A DNA stretch of 64,000 nt from an uncultured Pirellulales bacterium (GCA_964594065.1 CAZQKX010000002.1:39909-103908); one strand, 5' to 3'. Counted from the stretch's first letter, positions 28,664 through 37,330 are shown. Notes: a model not told the origin generated them from the sequence alone. A program made the numbers and translations.

Positions 28664-28678
28664 ATTAAATATTGCTGG

Positions 28679-28702
28679 ATCCCCGCTTTCGCGGGAATGA
28701 CA
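28679..28702. repeat. REP-like element, third copy (ddl-ftsQ spacer)
   Basis: ATCCCCGCTTTCGCGGGAATGACA has the same GCGGGAATGACA right half as 27622-27645. Confidence 0.7.
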
Positions 28703-28707
28703 GGACT

Positions 28708-29655
28708 TTAGCTTTTAGATTGATTGTATTCGTTCCACGCCGCGTTGACAATTTTCCGGCATAGCTCGGGAGTCTCAATACCGGCTTTAGCCGCAGCCAT
28801 CGGGACCAGCGAATGGCTTGTAAAACCGGGCAATGTGTTAATTTCCAGTATATATGGAATGCCCGGACTTGTTAAGATAAAATCCACACGAGCCAGATGC
28901 CGGCATTGCAGTTCATTGAAACATATGATCGCATCCTGTTTGATCTCTTTGATCAATTCACTGTCGCTGATCGTGTCAAACAGGTACTCGGTTGTATCGC
29001 TTTCGTATTTCGCATGATAATCATAAAAGTCGGCTTTGCTTTGGATCTCAACAATTGGCAGGGCGACTCCGTTCAATATGCCGACCGTGATCTCCTTGCC
29101 CGGGATAAATTCTTCGACCATGCAATCACCGTATTGGGCAAAACATGCGACGGCGCTGGTCGCGGCTATTTGAACATCATCAGTGATCGTGATGCCGACG
29201 CTGCTGCCTTGTTTGACCGGCTTGACGACAAATTTTTTTGCCAGTTTTTCCAGCATGGGAACCAGGTCTGCTTCGGTGTCGGCGGAGTGGATGATTAAGT
29301 GTTTGGCGATGGGCAGGGTTGCATGGAAAAATGCCTGCTTACTGGCCAGTTTATCGATAGACTTCCGACTGGATTCGGAGCCGGAACCGGTAAAACACAG
29401 GTTTTTTTCTTCAAGAATCTTTTGCAGTTGCCCGTCTTCACCGAATTGACCGTGCAGGATCGGAAAAAAAACGTCAATTGATGAATCGTCCAGAATAAAC
29501 ATGTTGTTGGGAGAAATATCGCTTAAAATAACCTCAAATCCCGCCTCTTTTAACGCGATGTGAACGGTTTGACCGCTTAAGAGGCTGATTTCTCGTTCTG
29601 GGCCAATGCCCCCGGCTAAAACGGCAATTTTGAGTTGTTTAAGTTCTTTTTTCAT
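28708..29655 (-). CDS. ddl: D-alanine--D-alanine ligase
   Basis: LAGGIGPEREISLLSG, FPILHGQFGEDGQLQ, VKPVKQGSSVGIT and LEINTLPGFTSHS. Confidence 0.92.
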   Translation of the reverse strand: MKKELKQLKIAVLAGGIGPEREISLLSGQTVHIALKEAGFEVILSDISPNNMFILDDSSIDVFFPILHGQFGEDGQLQKILEEKNLCFTGSGSESSRKSIDKLASKQAFFHATLPIAKHLIIHSADTEADLVPMLEKLAKKFVVKPVKQGSSVGITITDDVQIAATSAVACFAQYGDCMVEEFIPGKEITVGILNGVALPIVEIQSKADFYDYHAKYESDTTEYLFDTISDSELIKEIKQDAIICFNELQCRHLARVDFILTSPGIPYILEINTLPGFTSHSLVPMAAAKAGIETPELCRKIVNAAWNEYNQSKS

Positions 29656-29687
29656 TGTTATATAAGTATATCGGCAAAAGACACAAA

Positions 29688-29772
29688 AATCCGAAATCCT
29701 AAAATCGAAATCCTAAACAAATTTTAACTCGTTGGTATTTGTTTCGGATCCCGTGCTTAGTACTTCGGATTA
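29688..29772. repeat. Nested direct and inverted ATCCGAAA repeats in the murB-ddl spacer
   Basis: The direct repeat CGAAATCCTAAA occurs at 29692-29703 and 29706-29717. ATCCTAAACAAA (29710-29721) pairs with TTTGTTTCGGAT (29738-29749) at 11/12 positions. The outer pair is AATCCGAA (29688-29695) with TTCGGATT (29764-29771). Confidence 0.7.
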
Positions 29773-29778
29773 ATTATA

Positions 29779-30663
29779 CTACCAGATCTCGATTTCTGTT
29801 TCCAGTTTGACGTCAAACGTATCTTTCACCTTCGTTCTGACCAGTTTGATGAGTTGTTTGACATCGGTGCTGGTGCAGCCTTTTTCAGTGGTAATAAAGT
29901 TGGCGTGCTTTTCGCTGACGACAGCGCCGCCGATCTGTGTTCCTTTCAATCCGGCCCGGTCGATCAATGCCCCGGCACTCATCCCGCGGGGATTTTTAAA
30001 AATACAGCCGGCGTTCTTGGTGTTCAGCGGCTGGGAGTTCTTCTTGTAGATCCAGACCTCCTTGATGGTCTTCAACATCGTGTCAGAATCTGATTCGGTT
30101 AGCTCCAAGGTTGCGCTGAGAATGATTGGTGCGGTAATGTTGACCCAGCGATAGTCAAAGACCAGTTCGGGTTTTTCTTTTTCGAACACATTTCCCTGCT
30201 TGTCCATGACGGTGACACTCTGGATGCTTGAGCCGATATCGCCGAAACTGCTGCCTGCATTCATGCGAACCGCTCCGCCGAGTGAACCCGGGATGCCGGT
30301 CAATGCTTCCATGCCGCTTAAGCCTTTGCGAACCGAGTCCAGAACAAGTTTATTCAGATTGGCTCCGGCACCGGCCGTCAGGGTGTTTTTATCAAATTGA
30401 ATGCCGTGGAATGCTTCGGCTTCCAGTTTCAACACGGCACCCCGTACACCCTCGTCGCCGATCAGCAGGTTTGAGCCATACCCCAGCATATGAACCGGCA
30501 TGGCTTCTCTCGTACAGCGTTGAATGATTTCTTTTAACTGTTCGACCGTCTGCGGCCGAATCAGGTAATCGGCGTTACCGCCTAAGCCGTACCAGGTGAA
30601 ATTGCTCAATGAACAATTTTCTTCAACAATGCTCTCGAAGCCACTGAATGTACTCATCTGCAA
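29779..30663 (-). CDS. murB: UDP-N-acetylenolpyruvoylglucosamine reductase
   Basis: GLGGNADYLI, LGYGSNLL and AGCIFKNP. The start overlaps the murC 3' end by 35-41 nt, and there is no alternative downstream start. Confidence 0.9.
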   Translation of the reverse strand: MQMSTFSGFESIVEENCSLSNFTWYGLGGNADYLIRPQTVEQLKEIIQRCTREAMPVHMLGYGSNLLIGDEGVRGAVLKLEAEAFHGIQFDKNTLTAGAGANLNKLVLDSVRKGLSGMEALTGIPGSLGGAVRMNAGSSFGDIGSSIQSVTVMDKQGNVFEKEKPELVFDYRWVNITAPIILSATLELTESDSDTMLKTIKEVWIYKKNSQPLNTKNAGCIFKNPRGMSAGALIDRAGLKGTQIGGAVVSEKHANFITTEKGCTSTDVKQLIKLVRTKVKDTFDVKLETEIEIW

Positions 30664-32020
30664 CCTTCCAAATAGTTCCGGCTCCCATTGTGACGACCAG
30701 GTCGCCGGAGGTTACGTTTTCTTTTAAATGGTCTAAAATCCCCGAAAAATCCTGTATAAACAAGGCCTGACAGCCATGTTGGCCTATCCGCTCTACCAAT
30801 GTTTCAGCATTCACCTTGCTTTTACTGTCGGCGGTATCCCGGACGAAATAAATCTCCGGGACCACTGTAATATCGGCAAGCTTAAAGCTTTCGGCAAAAT
30901 CATCAAGTAAAAAACGGGTTCGACTGTACTGATGAGGCTGAAAAATGCACCAAAGCCGTTGCGGGGCGTATTTTTCACGGATTGCCTGCAATGATGCCCG
31001 GATTTCCGTGGGATGATGGGCATAATCGTCCAGAATGGTGATTTCGTTGATCGTATCCTTGAACATGAGTCGCCGGTCGATGCCGGTAAAATCGGGCAAA
31101 TGTTTGATGATCGTTTCGATATCCAGTCCGATGTGGAGACAGGTTGCGGTTACGGCCAGTGCATTTAAAATATTATGCCTGCCCGGCAGACCTGTCCGGC
31201 ATCTGCCAAGGAGTGTGTTTTTCTGATAGATGTCAAATGCGTAGCATCCTTCAACCAGTTCCGGATTACGTGCGGTCAGGTCGCAGTGTGCATGAAGGCC
31301 GAATGTTATCACGTTAGGACGGTCTTGAAAACGGCGGATGACACGGGCAACGTTTTTGTCGTCACCATTGGCGATCAGGATGCCATTATCTTTGGTTTGT
31401 GCGGCAAACTCAGCGAATGCTTCAATAATCTCGTCCTCGTTGCGGTAATAGTCCAGGTGATCCTGTTCGATGTTGAGCAGCAGGGCGATATTCGGGTGAA
31501 GATTCAGGAAACTGCGGTCATATTCACAGGCTTCGGCGATAAATGCCGTCCCGCTGCCAACGCCGCTGGAGCTTTTCAACTGCGGGATATCGGCACCGAC
31601 GATATAGTTCGGCTGCTTGCCTGCTTTTTCGAGAATATAGGTCATCCAGCCGCTGGTGGTACTTTTTCCGTGCGTGCCGGCGACTGCGATGCCGTCGTAC
31701 TGGTTCATGAGGATGCCGAGCATTTCGGCATATTTATGAATCGGCAATCCCATTTCCGAAGCCCGGGCCAATTCCGGATTGGCTGCAGTGACCGCTGCGC
31801 TGATGACGACTTCATCTGTGTCTGCGCTGATGTTTTCGGTTTTATGGCCGATGGTAATTGCAGCGCCCAGTGATTGCAGATGCGTTGTGACGGGGCTTTC
31901 GGCCATGTCCGAGCCGGTGACGATACCGCCGTTTTTCATCAAAACCTTCGCTAAGCCGCTGGTGCCGATGCCGCCGATCCCGATAAAATGAAATTTCTTC
32001 CCTTGAATCTCTGTCATCAC
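30623..32020 (-). CDS. murC: UDP-N-acetylmuramate--L-alanine ligase
   Basis: HFIGIGGIGTSGLA, GTHGKSTT and DDYAHHPTEI. Confidence 0.93.
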   Translation of the reverse strand: MMTEIQGKKFHFIGIGGIGTSGLAKVLMKNGGIVTGSDMAESPVTTHLQSLGAAITIGHKTENISADTDEVVISAAVTAANPELARASEMGLPIHKYAEMLGILMNQYDGIAVAGTHGKSTTSGWMTYILEKAGKQPNYIVGADIPQLKSSSGVGSGTAFIAEACEYDRSFLNLHPNIALLLNIEQDHLDYYRNEDEIIEAFAEFAAQTKDNGILIANGDDKNVARVIRRFQDRPNVITFGLHAHCDLTARNPELVEGCYAFDIYQKNTLLGRCRTGLPGRHNILNALAVTATCLHIGLDIETIIKHLPDFTGIDRRLMFKDTINEITILDDYAHHPTEIRASLQAIREKYAPQRLWCIFQPHQYSRTRFLLDDFAESFKLADITVVPEIYFVRDTADSKSKVNAETLVERIGQHGCQALFIQDFSGILDHLKENVTSGDLVVTMGAGTIWKVADEYIQWLREHC

Positions 32021-32096
32021 GTCCCTGCTGCATAATTAACTGATAACATCTCTACATGCCGGATTTATAATCCAACAGGGCGTTTTATTCAAGGAT

Positions 32097-33785
32097 TTAT
32101 TTCTTTGTCAGTGCTTTTCGGGCGGCCTCGATGACCGGATCGGAGGTTTTGATCTCGCTATGTGTGGTTTTAATGAGGATATCCGGTTTGATGCCTTTGC
32201 CTTCAAAGCAGGTACCGTCCGGCAGCATTGCTTTCCACGACGGCAGAAAGACGGTGACGCCGTTGCCGAGATCGTAGGGTTGGGGATTGCCGGAACTGCC
32301 CTGGGTTGGTTCGCCAATGATCATACAACCGGGCACCTGTTTCATCATCAACACGAATGCTTCGCAACTGCTCATAACCACGGGCCCGGTCAGGACGGCG
32401 ATTTTACCCCGATATTTTGGGCGGCTTTTGTTGGATTTGACGTATCGCTCATGAGTTTGTGTGAATTGGCCGGGATTGTCAAAGTCGATGCTGATATGCT
32501 TGGCGTATAGTTTCGGCTTATCAATGAAACAGCCTGCAAATTCTCTTGCCAGAGTCTCACTTCCGCCGCCGTTTCCACGGACGTCAATAATGAGTCCCGG
32601 GGCATCAGAAAACTCATTGAGTGCGATATAGAGTTGGTCGTAATCTTGTTTTTTCTGACGATTCCAGGAATCGATGTAGATATAGCCTATCCCATCCGGG
32701 AATTTTCCCGTACAGACATTGGCATTGTGCTTTTGAAAGTTGGGCACCAGTTCCGGCAGCAACTGCAAGTTAGCATTAGGCGTTACTGGATTGCGATAGG
32801 CCGGGACATGTTCACCGCCGGCCTTCAGCCAGATATGTTTGTCTTTTGCGCAAGCCAGCATCAGACCGGCATTTTTTGAAAAGTCCAACGCACTGGTCGC
32901 ATTCAAAAGCGATTCATGATATTTTTCGAAAAGCGCATCCCAATCGACGCCTTTCTCATCTTCATAAGAATACTTGTAATCAATTGCTATTCGCAGATTG
33001 ACGATAGCATTTTGATTGTCTTCTTTGGACACAGTCACAGCGTTTTCTGAGGATTGTTGGTCGGTTCCTGCGGTGCGGAACTGCACGACAAGCACCTCTG
33101 CCGGTTCACCACCTGCACTTTTGAAGTTTTTGAAAGAGGGTGAATTAATGCCAAATCTATAGTTGTGTCCGGGCTTGAGTTTAACGTTCATCACGAAACT
33201 TCGTTTACCCGACCATTTGGGTTTTCCGATGATCTCAGGGAAATTCTCACCGCCGCCGCAGACCGAGTAACCGTTGGTGCTCATATCCTGATCAAATAGA
33301 ATACGTATCTCTGAAAGTCCCGGTTTAACATCGGTGGCACCGTTTTCCGGGATCATTTCAATGACCTTCGGTGATCGAGCGAAATTTGAAGCATTTTCCG
33401 AGGACTGCCGGCCAGTACCTGCGGTGCGAAACTGCACGACAAGCACTTCCGCCGGTTCGCCGCTGGCACTTTTGAAGTTTTTGAAAGAGGGTGAATTAAT
33501 GCCAAATCTATAGTCGTGTCCAGGTTTAAGTTTGGCATTTATGACAAAGCTACGCTTGCCCGTCCATTTTTTACTAATGATTTCAGGGTAATTCTCACCT
33601 CCGCCGCAAATGGAAAATCCACGCCCCATGTCCTGATCGAAGAGAATCCGTATCTTTGTTGGCCCAGGTTTGACATTTGTGGATCCGTTTTCAGGAATCA
33701 TTTTGATGACTTTTGGCGGCCGAGCAAAACTGCTTATTGACATCAAACAAACAAGAAATAAGACGAGGGTAGCTTTTGACTTCAT
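32097..33785 (-). CDS. Secreted S41-family (tail-specific/C-terminal processing) peptidase with two N-terminal Ig-like (Big_5/SbsA-like) domains
   Basis: Signal peptide, then two domains of about 110 aa (MIPENG.T.VKPG...IRILFDQDM...KLKPGH.YRFGINSPSFKNFKSA.GEPAEVLVVQFRTAGT). The S41 core reads IIDVRGNGGGSE and VLTGPVVMSSCE. Confidence 0.8.
   Translation of the reverse strand: MKSKATLVLFLVCLMSISSFARPPKVIKMIPENGSTNVKPGPTKIRILFDQDMGRGFSICGGGENYPEIISKKWTGKRSFVINAKLKPGHDYRFGINSPSFKNFKSASGEPAEVLVVQFRTAGTGRQSSENASNFARSPKVIEMIPENGATDVKPGLSEIRILFDQDMSTNGYSVCGGGENFPEIIGKPKWSGKRSFVMNVKLKPGHNYRFGINSPSFKNFKSAGGEPAEVLVVQFRTAGTDQQSSENAVTVSKEDNQNAIVNLRIAIDYKYSYEDEKGVDWDALFEKYHESLLNATSALDFSKNAGLMLACAKDKHIWLKAGGEHVPAYRNPVTPNANLQLLPELVPNFQKHNANVCTGKFPDGIGYIYIDSWNRQKKQDYDQLYIALNEFSDAPGLIIDVRGNGGGSETLAREFAGCFIDKPKLYAKHISIDFDNPGQFTQTHERYVKSNKSRPKYRGKIAVLTGPVVMSSCEAFVLMMKQVPGCMIIGEPTQGSSGNPQPYDLGNGVTVFLPSWKAMLPDGTCFEGKGIKPDILIKTTHSEIKTSDPVIEAARKALTKK
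33045..33725 (-). repeat. Intragenic tandem duplication (two Ig-like domain units, 33045-33380 and 33396-33725)
   Basis: Long stretches are near-identical at nucleotide level. One example is gcacttttgaagtttttgaaagagggtgaattaatgccaaatctatag, present in both units. Confidence 0.85.
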
Positions 33786-33797
33786 GCGAATGCTCCT

Positions 33798-34547
33798 TTA
33801 TTCTGAATTAATGCGTTTGGCTTCTTCAATATATTCGATGGGGATTTCGGTCGGATTGCCATTTTCATCTGCTGTGGCAAACAGGATCACATAGGGTTTG
33901 GCGGGAACATGTTTTTCCGTCTGGAAATAAACGTAATATTCGCTGTTAATACCGATCCAGTACCAGTGACCCGGTTTCAGCTTCACAGGCAAAGTACAGG
34001 TTTTGCGTTCTTTGCCGTATTTCGGGTCGCCGGTCGTTTCCGGGTAATGCTCTCCGCCGCCGACCCACGACCAACTGAAATTCATCATGGGTTGATCAAA
34101 TGTGACGGTGATTTCCGTTGTGGCCGGATCAACCGATGTAGACAGTGTCTGAGGGCTTGTCTTTAAGACAATAGGACGTTTGGACTGTTGATGTTTTATA
34201 AGCAAGGGAAGAATGAGCGTCGGAAGAAAGTTAATCAGTACAAAAATAAATATACAAGCGGATATCCAGACAATGAGGGACTTCCTTTTTTTTGTTTGTT
34301 TGACTCTGGGTTTTCCCTGCAGCAGGTCGGCGTAGTCTTCGACAGGGCCCAGGTCGGTAATAATCTGTTGAAAGTTTTCCCAGGTGCGCTGCTCTTCGGG
34401 CAGCTCGTTATAACTCTGGCTTAGATGTGCATCAATATCATCGAGAATCTGCTGTTTTTCATCTGGTGATGCACCGGCGAGAACGGATTTAACTTTTGCG
34501 AGGTATTCGTTGCAGATCTGTTGCCATTGGTTTGCGGGATTTGTCAT
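33798..34547 (-). CDS. DUF1700/HAAS-like membrane sensor with an extracytoplasmic Ig-like domain
   Basis: The N-terminal helical part (YLAKVKSVLAGASPDEKQQILDDIDAHL...LGPVEDYADLL) resembles PadR-associated DUF1700. It has one TM helix. The C-terminal domain (GGGEHYPETTG...KLKPGHWYWIGIN) is homologous to the protease Ig-like units. A 4-nt overlap links it to padR. Confidence 0.7.
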   Translation of the reverse strand: MTNPANQWQQICNEYLAKVKSVLAGASPDEKQQILDDIDAHLSQSYNELPEEQRTWENFQQIITDLGPVEDYADLLQGKPRVKQTKKRKSLIVWISACIFIFVLINFLPTLILPLLIKHQQSKRPIVLKTSPQTLSTSVDPATTEITVTFDQPMMNFSWSWVGGGEHYPETTGDPKYGKERKTCTLPVKLKPGHWYWIGINSEYYVYFQTEKHVPAKPYVILFATADENGNPTEIPIEYIEEAKRINSE

Positions 34548-34897
34548 TTCGCACCTCCTGCCGCCAGCGTGTCAATGGTGGCAACGATCTCTTTCCAGTG
34601 GTCGTTCATTCGGCCGAGCATTTTACCGCCGGCGGACGTTAGTTCATACGAGTTCCGTACGGGGCCGTCGGGGGAGGCTTCTTTTTTGATCACGACGAGC
34701 TTGTCGGTTTTCAGCCGGGCGAGGATGGGGTAGATGTTGCCTTCGCGGATGCTGAAGCCTTTAATGGTCTTGAGGGTCTTGACCATCTCGTAGCCGTAAT
34801 AGCGGCCCGAGGACAGGAGCTTCAAAACCACTAACTCCAGCAGCCCCTTTCGCAATTGGATTGTCCAGTTATTAAAATTCAAACCAGCCTCCATCAT
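34544..34897 (-). CDS. PadR-family transcriptional regulator
   Basis: LLELVVLKLLSSGRYYGYEMVKTL...GNIYPILARLKTDKLV winged-helix signature; 117 aa. Confidence 0.88.
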   Translation of the reverse strand: MMEAGLNFNNWTIQLRKGLLELVVLKLLSSGRYYGYEMVKTLKTIKGFSIREGNIYPILARLKTDKLVVIKKEASPDGPVRNSYELTSAGGKMLGRMNDHWKEIVATIDTLAAGGAK

Positions 34898-35017
34898 TAA
34901 ACATAGCTTTATTTGTTATCAGTGTACTGGATACTATTATAGCTGTCAATTGAATTTTTTAAAGTTTTTTTAAATGGGAAAAAGTAAACGTTATTATTAA
35001 CCCGGATTTCCCAAGTA

Positions 35018-35061
35018 AATCCGTGCAAAAAAATAAGAATTTGATAGTATAGAGTCTGTGG
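35018..35061 (+). promoter_or_regulatory. Conserved 44-nt upstream element, copy A (candidate promoter/operator)
   Basis: AATCCGTGCAAAAAAATAAGAATTTGATAGTATAGAGTCTGTGG. It matches the reverse complement of 63521-63564 at 36/44 positions without gaps and ends 24 nt before the ATG at 35086. Confidence 0.5.
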
Positions 35062-35085
35062 ATACTGTTTAAGGCAAAATCTCAG

Positions 35086-37311
35086 ATGAAAAAAACAGCT
35101 GCAATACTGGTGTTATGTATGCTGACGGCCTCGGCGACGGCTGCTGTGGAACTTTTCATCTCGCCGGGCGGCGATGATAGTAATCCGGGAACGAAAACAA
35201 AGTCGTTCGCTACGCTGGAAAAGGCACGTGACAGAATACGAGCCGCACGCGGCAGCAGGAATACCCTGCCCCGAGGCGGTGTGACTGTCTGGTTGGGCGA
35301 TGGTGTTTACATACGAAATGAACCGTTTGTTTTATCAGAGCAGGACAGTGGCACGAAAACAGATCCCATTGTTTACCGGGCCGCAGCCGGCCAGCAGGTT
35401 CGCTTGGTAGAAGCCAGGCTTGTTGATCCTGCAGACTGGAAACCGCTGAGTGAAACAGCACGAGAACGTGTCCATCCCAGGGTCAACCCTGACCATCTTG
35501 TCGAGCTCGACCTTAAACAACTGGATTTAGCGAATGTCGTGAAACCGAGCCGTTACACAAATGTTATTGACCTGTTTGCAAATGATCGGCGTCAGCCGAT
35601 TGCACAATGGCCGGATCTGAAAGAAAACATCAAAAACATAAATGACCCCGGCTGGACGTCATGTAACGGTTCCAAAGATGAAAAAACATTTTTCTATGGC
35701 AAGGGCGGGTCCCCTCAACACAACAAAGATGCGACCAACCAGCTCGATTTAGACGGGACCAGCCGCAGTCAGCGATGGAAACAGGCCATGGATGCCGGTT
35801 ATGAAATATGGCTCAAAGGCTTCTGGCGTACCCCATGGTCGCCCAAAACAATAAGGATTGACCAGATCAATACAGCCGAGGAATGGATCCGCCTGACTCA
35901 AGTGCCGCCCGGAGGAATGGGATCAAAATACACCAAAGTCGCCAATCAAAAACCGCTCTGGCGAGTTGGAAGCGGCCGGGAAAAATGGCTGGCCCTGAAC
36001 CTGCTTGAGGAAATCAACCTGCCTGGAGAATGGGCTCTGGACTCGAATGATCAAAAGATTTATTATTTGCCGTCCGCTCCGATCGATTCATTGAAAATTA
36101 TGCTTGCTTGTGTCAAATCGCCGACTGTTTCACTGCAGAATGTTTCACATGTGCAGTTTGAAAACTTAACGATTGAAGGCAGCCTGGACTATGGTGTTGT
36201 GATGGATAACTGTTCCTACATCATTGTTGCCGGATGCACGATCAAAAACACATTAAAAGGCCTCAAAGTTGCAAAAAGCAAAAACATTGCCATTCAAAGT
36301 AATGATATTTACGAAATCGGCTGCGAGGCAATACGAATTGAAAATGTCGGCGATAGACAGAAGCTGATCCCGGCCAATATCCTGGTTGATAATAACCATA
36401 TTCATCATGTCGGCAGAGTTACATTTACACCATTCATATCTCTCACCACCGCAGTAGGAGTGACCGTATCCCACAACCTGATGCATGATTCACCCAAAGG
36501 TGGTATTGCGCATGGCAGCCTGAACAATTGTTTGTTTGAATATAATGAAATCCATAATATTGCTCTGAAGGAAAGCGACACCGGCACTTTTTATGGCTAC
36601 GCCAAATGGTCCGCCTACGGCAATATCTACCGTTATAATTTTACGCATCATACGAATCGAGCGAACGGATTTTATTGCGATGACGGCAACAGCGGCAATA
36701 TCCATTATCACAATATTGTGCACGATTCTATTACGGCCTTGAAATTTGGCGGAGGGCACGACAATATCGGTCGCAACAACCTGTTAATTAAAAACCGCAA
36801 TCAGCATATCGACGACCGCGGAGTCAGTCGCAACTATCGGCTGGGCACCAAATATGAAACCGAACTAAGAGCATTAAAACCGTTTGAAGAACCTTGGGCC
36901 TCTTATGGGAAAGAACTCCAAACAAAGTTTAATCTGACCACAAACCTGTGGGCCGATGTTCTGAATGAAGACTGGCACCCGGAATGGCCTAACGGTTCCA
37001 AAATGATTGATAACGTTTCGGTCGAGAACGGACCTTTTAAGGGTCCCCGTTATGGTCGTGTGGAAATTGACAGGAACACGATAATTGAGACAATAGAAGA
37101 GGTGGGATTTTATGATTATGAGAACATGGATTTGCGAACCGACAACCCGAAGGTCCTGAAGAAATTTCCGGATCTGAATGAAATCTTCCCCAGAATAGGG
37201 CTTAAAAAAGACCAATACCGTTCAAAACTGCCGAGCCGTGCTGAAGTCGGCGGTCTTTACAACCGCGGCAAAGGTGGCGATCCCTGGGATGAAGACCAGT
37301 TTGTTGATTGA
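35086..37311 (+). CDS. Secreted right-handed parallel beta-helix repeat protein (polysaccharide lyase/hydrolase-like)
   Basis: 741 aa with a signal peptide (AAILVLCMLTASATA). PbH1-like turns recur: NLTIEGSLDYGVVM, AGCTIKNT, IQSNDIYEIG and VDNNHIHHVG. Confidence 0.75.
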   Translation: MKKTAAILVLCMLTASATAAVELFISPGGDDSNPGTKTKSFATLEKARDRIRAARGSRNTLPRGGVTVWLGDGVYIRNEPFVLSEQDSGTKTDPIVYRAAAGQQVRLVEARLVDPADWKPLSETARERVHPRVNPDHLVELDLKQLDLANVVKPSRYTNVIDLFANDRRQPIAQWPDLKENIKNINDPGWTSCNGSKDEKTFFYGKGGSPQHNKDATNQLDLDGTSRSQRWKQAMDAGYEIWLKGFWRTPWSPKTIRIDQINTAEEWIRLTQVPPGGMGSKYTKVANQKPLWRVGSGREKWLALNLLEEINLPGEWALDSNDQKIYYLPSAPIDSLKIMLACVKSPTVSLQNVSHVQFENLTIEGSLDYGVVMDNCSYIIVAGCTIKNTLKGLKVAKSKNIAIQSNDIYEIGCEAIRIENVGDRQKLIPANILVDNNHIHHVGRVTFTPFISLTTAVGVTVSHNLMHDSPKGGIAHGSLNNCLFEYNEIHNIALKESDTGTFYGYAKWSAYGNIYRYNFTHHTNRANGFYCDDGNSGNIHYHNIVHDSITALKFGGGHDNIGRNNLLIKNRNQHIDDRGVSRNYRLGTKYETELRALKPFEEPWASYGKELQTKFNLTTNLWADVLNEDWHPEWPNGSKMIDNVSVENGPFKGPRYGRVEIDRNTIIETIEEVGFYDYENMDLRTDNPKVLKKFPDLNEIFPRIGLKKDQYRSKLPSRAEVGGLYNRGKGGDPWDEDQFVD

Positions 37312-37330
37312 AGTAACCAGAACTTGAGAG

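Noticed and set aside
29692-29717. Possible CRISPR-like array from the repeated CGAAATCCTAAA unit.
   Set aside because: There are only two 12-nt units with a 2-nt spacer, no cas genes are present, and the units are part of a nested hairpin. This is not a CRISPR array.
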